A DNA stretch of 11,688 nucleotides, from the NCBI RefSeq assembly GCF_000143415.4, contig NW_003314570.1, positions 1 through 11,688 on the forward strand, in the 5' to 3' direction. Position numbers and translations under genes: made by a program. This document shows, one piece after another, positions 8,165-11,688 of this stretch. How positions within the stretch are numbered: position 1 is the first letter of the stretch; each line of letters opens with the position of its first letter. This DNA comes from Selaginella moellendorffii (taxonomy: Eukaryota; Plantae; Lycopodiophyta). The notes beneath the pieces were generated by a model that saw only the letters and a list, made by a program, of their open reading frames with translations, ran no database searches and had not been told where the DNA came from.

Positions 8165-10902
8165 ATGGCGGCGTTGGTCGCTGGTGCCCAGGCGCTGGCG
8201 CTGGCGCGCGTTTCTTCCTCATTGTCATCTCCCTCTTCTTCTTCTTCTCCTTCTTCTTCCTGCTGTTCGCCTAGCAGTGAATGCTCGTCGTCATCGGGAG
8301 TGGTGAGCCTGGCGCCGCGCAAGAGGAGCGGATTGCCGTGCATTCTTCCCGAGAGGTCGGCTTACATGGGAGAGAGCGTGTCGGGATTTTGGACGCGCAC
8401 AGGGATTTCGCTGCGGTGTAGCAGGCCCAGGAAGCCTCACGCCGGATGCAAGGCTTCGATCGGCGCGGCTGTCTTGGCCGATATTGCCAAGGAAACCGTG
8501 GTATGATCTCCTCCTTTTCCATCCAATTCTTTTTCTTCTTGCAATGGGGTAGCTCTAGAGCATTCCTCCGTGGTTGCGAGCGCCAATTCTTCTTGAGCCG
8601 GGTGCCAGAAATCAAAGATCTCAGAGCTGTCGTAGCTATGCTGGAAGAGATTGTATTGATCACAGTCGGTGTGGTTTCGGCAAAGACTAAGAAGAGCGCT
8701 TTGCTCGTTTTCGTGCAGAGTGCTATCTATCAATCGATCGACAGCGTAAAACGTTGGCGAGCTTCTCGATCGGGAGGTAGTTGAAACGGGATGCATTTTC
8801 GACAGCATTTCTCGCTTTGATCGATATGTTCTGACTCAATGATTTGTTGTTTGTAGGCACCAGCAATTGGAAAGCCACGGGCAGATCCTAGAACAGTTGT
8901 TTCTCTGATTCTGGGAGGAGGAGCCGGCACTCGGTTGTTTCCCCTCACAAATAGACGAGCAAAGCCTGCTGTAAGAAAACGCTTCTTCGTTGTCTGCCAA
9001 TTTTAATATAATGGTGCTCTTGACATGTTCACTACAGGTACCAATTGGAGGCGCTTACAGACTTATTGACGTGCCAATGAGCAATTGCATCAACAGCGGA
9101 ATAAACAAAATCTTCATCCTCACTCAGTTTAACTCGGCTTCTTTGAATCGGCACCTTGCTCGGACGTACAATTTTGGTAATGGTGTGAATTTTGGAGATG
9201 GTTTTGTTGAGGTAGGCAGAACTTGAAAGCGCTGTTACTGTAAACGTTTAGAAAGCCTTTCGTTTTCAGGTTTTAGCTGCAACTCAGACTCCCGGGGAAG
9301 CAGGAATGAACTGGTTCCAAGGGACTGCCGACGCTGTTCGACAGTTCACGTGGGTTTTTGAGGTACTTTTGACTGTGCGAGCCTTCATTTTCTCGATCAT
9401 GTTACGCTTGTTTTCAGGATACTAGGAGTAAAGAGATTGAGAATGTTCTTGTTTTATCCGGAGACCATCTGTATCGAATGGACTACATGGAATTCATTCA
9501 GGTTTACGATAACATGACATTTTTATTTGTTTATGATCCAGAATTCCTGCTGACTCGCAGAAACACCAAGATACTGGAGCAGACATAACCATTGGTTGCG
9601 TGCCAATGGACGACAGGTAGAACTAGCCACGTTTTTTTTTTCATTCGTGATACTTACGTGATTCTTTTCTGTGGTCTGAAAGCCGGGCGTCTGATTTCGG
9701 GCTGATGAAAATTGATGCCAATGGGCAGATACTTTATTTCAGCGAAAAGCCGAAAGGAGCTGATCTGAAAGCGATGGTATTATTCGTCAGCATGCGGTTT
9801 GTATACTAATTTGTGCATATTCTATTTTCCTACTTCCAGCAAGTGGACACTACTGTATTGGGCTTGACGCCTGAAGAGGCCATCGAAAAGCCGTACATTG
9901 CATCCATGGGAATTTACGTGTTTAAAAAAGATATTCTTTTGAAGCTTCTAAGGTACAAATTGTTGACTATAGATGTAGAAGATCTTATCGTTCTTTTCTT
10001 CGTAGATGGCGCTACCCTACAGCAAATGATTTTGGATCAGAAATTTTGCCTGCTTCAGCAAAAGAGTACAACGTGCAGGTTGGTCTTTCGTTTGTCTCTT
10101 GGTGAATGGTTGCTCTGTACTATCAACAGCGTAGTTCACAGGCTTATTTGTTTAATGATTACTGGGAGGACATCGGGACGATTAAGTCGTTCTATGAAGC
10201 AAATCTTGCTCTTACTTGCCAGGTAATACTACAGTGCTCTTTTTACTCTTTCTCAAGATACATTCTATCTATGCAGCCACCAAAATTCAGGTTTTATGAT
10301 GCAGCGAAACCGATATACACCTCTCCCAGATATTTACCACCAACTAAGATTGAAAAATGCCGGGTTCGTGTTTGTATTGCTAGTGACACTTCAGTGAGCA
10401 ACTGTGTCTTCGGTAGGTTTTGGACTCCATAGTTTCGCATGGATGCTTTCTTCAAGAATGCAGTGTCACGCATTCTGTGATTGGTATTCGTTCTCGAGTC
10501 GAAGCTGGTGCTGAGATTCAAGATACGATGATGCTTGGTGCCGACTTCTACGAGACGGAGGCTGAGATAGCAAGTATGGTTGCAGAGGGGAAGGTGCCAG
10601 TCGGAGTTGGTCAGAATGCCAAAATAAGGTTAGCCGGTTGATTATGCAACTTCTACACAACTTACTTTTCCAAACACGCAGAAACTGTATTCTCGACAAA
10701 AATGTTCGAATAGGAAAGAACGTCGTCATCGCCAACAAAGACGTGAGACTAGATTTGATTGCTTCGTCTTGCTCTATGCTAATCCTTTGTTTTGGCGCAG
10801 AATGTACAAGAAGCAGAGAAGCCATCCGAGGGATACTACATTCGCTCCGGGATTACTGTGATATTGAAAAACGCAACGATTGCAGATGGAACTGTAATCT
10901 AG
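8165..10902 (+). CDS. AGPL: ADP-glucose pyrophosphorylase (glucose-1-phosphate adenylyltransferase) large subunit, plastid-targeted, 14 exons, ~559 aa
   Basis: Exons: 8165-8500, 8857-8970, 9038-9211, 9270-9362, 9418-9501, 9561-9616, 9683-9776, 9840-9952, 10006-10078, 10142-10222, 10277-10363, 10417-10628, 10682-10742, 10801-10902. All introns are GT-AG and the 1680 nt are in frame. Motifs: [101 protein letters not shown]. The Ser/Ala-rich N-terminus fits a transit peptide. Exon sizes and [22 protein letters not shown] indicate the large subunit. Confidence 0.96.
8234..8260 (+). repeat. (TCT)n microsatellite encoding poly-Ser in the transit peptide
   Basis: tcttcttcttcttctccttcttcttcc within exon 1. 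Confidence 0.8.
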
Positions 10903-11024
10903 ATATAGCTAGAAAGCAAGAAAGGTACGCGGTAAGTGTAGATATTCTCTCTCTGAGACAACTAGCTTCGCCGTGCAAAAATATATCTCTTGAGGATTTT
11001 GTTGTACAGGAAAACTCCTTAGAA

Positions 11025-11641
11025 CTAACTTAGCTTGTCAAGGTAGTGACTCTTTTGTTTCATTCTGGACGTAAGCTCGTCCTTCATGCGACTGACCCTT
11101 CTCATTTTTCTCCTGAAGTTTAGATCCAAGTGGTGCTCGCACAAAAGGTACCCCGGCTTTGCTTTCTGTGAACACTTCCAACCATTCCCGTTTTTGCAGG
11201 AGCACAGCGTCTCGCCTCCTTGAACATCGGCAGGCTCCAAGTCAGGCAATCCGTCCAGCAGCCTCAAAGTTTTCGGGATGGCTCTCGGCGTCTGTGGCAC
11301 CGGGAGCGTACCATCGTCCATCTCGTCAGCGTTATTCCTCACGCGAAACCGCCCGCGCTTGAGCTGTAGGAAGTAAGGATCCGTGCTCATGGTCGTCGCA
11401 ACCTGTTCCAGCACAAGAGCCGGCTCCTCGCCGCCGCAGAGCCCCGAGATCATCATTCGTGCCAAGGCCTGGCGAGGAGTGAGGCTCGCATTTGGAGTCT
11501 GGGCGAAGACCATGCGCAGCAACTGAGATATTGGTGTTCCAGCCGCCGCCTCCTCCGCCGCTGCAAAAAGAGCTCCAATTCAAGGAAAGAGAAAAGGCAA
11601 GTTGAAGCTTTCATCTTTTTACCAAGAACTCTTCGAATCAT
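11025..11641 (-). CDS. WRC zinc-finger protein with an upstream putative winged-helix (HARE-HTH-like) domain; 5' end may lie outside the window
   Basis: Exon 11641-11623 (MIRRVL) joins in frame via a 62-nt GT-AG intron (11622-11561) to exon 11560-11025, giving at least 184 aa. CSCKNGNGWKCSQKAKPGYLLCEHH (11204-11130) fits the WRC pattern C-x9-C-x10-C-x2-H. A basic RRKMRR follows. CAG acceptor candidates at 11656 and 11648 suggest further upstream exons. Confidence 0.82.
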
Positions 11642-11688
11642 CTCCTCCTGTGCAGCTGCTCGGCACGAAAAGTTTCAATGGAGAAAGG

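Noticed and set aside
8271-11033. Short ORFs overlapping the AGPase locus (e.g. 8446-8784, 8437-8808, 9813-10226, 10466-10825, 10638-11033)
   Set aside because: Explained as exon fragments running into introns or as antisense shadows.
11332-11583. Alternative minus-strand frame (GGGGGGWNTNISV...) after the 11561 acceptor
   Set aside because: It ends at 11332 before the WRC domain and is low complexity. The other frame gives a continuous two-domain protein.

Overview
Land-plant nuclear DNA. The 53-67 nt introns and tight gene packing suggest a compact genome such as the lycophyte Selaginella (inference). The window has two sharply separated parts. (1) ~45-5080 is an AT-rich, CpG-depleted block of decayed transposons. 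It holds an internally deleted Ty1/copia RT-RNaseH relic (minus strand, ~2040-2575) and a structurally complete 380-bp TRIM (3709-4088) with 104-bp LTRs, PBS, PPT and a 5-bp TSD. (2) ~5100-11688 is gene-dense. It holds an intronless gene for a protein with 11 C-x4-C-x10-C-x2-H 'HGGG' (WRKY19-like) zinc-finger repeats (5597-7552, +) and a 14-exon ADP-glucose pyrophosphorylase large-subunit gene (8165-10902, +). A convergent minus-strand gene (11025-11641, possibly extending beyond the window) encodes a WRC zinc finger preceded by what looks like a HARE-HTH-type winged helix. All calls were made by manual reading and translation; no searches were run.
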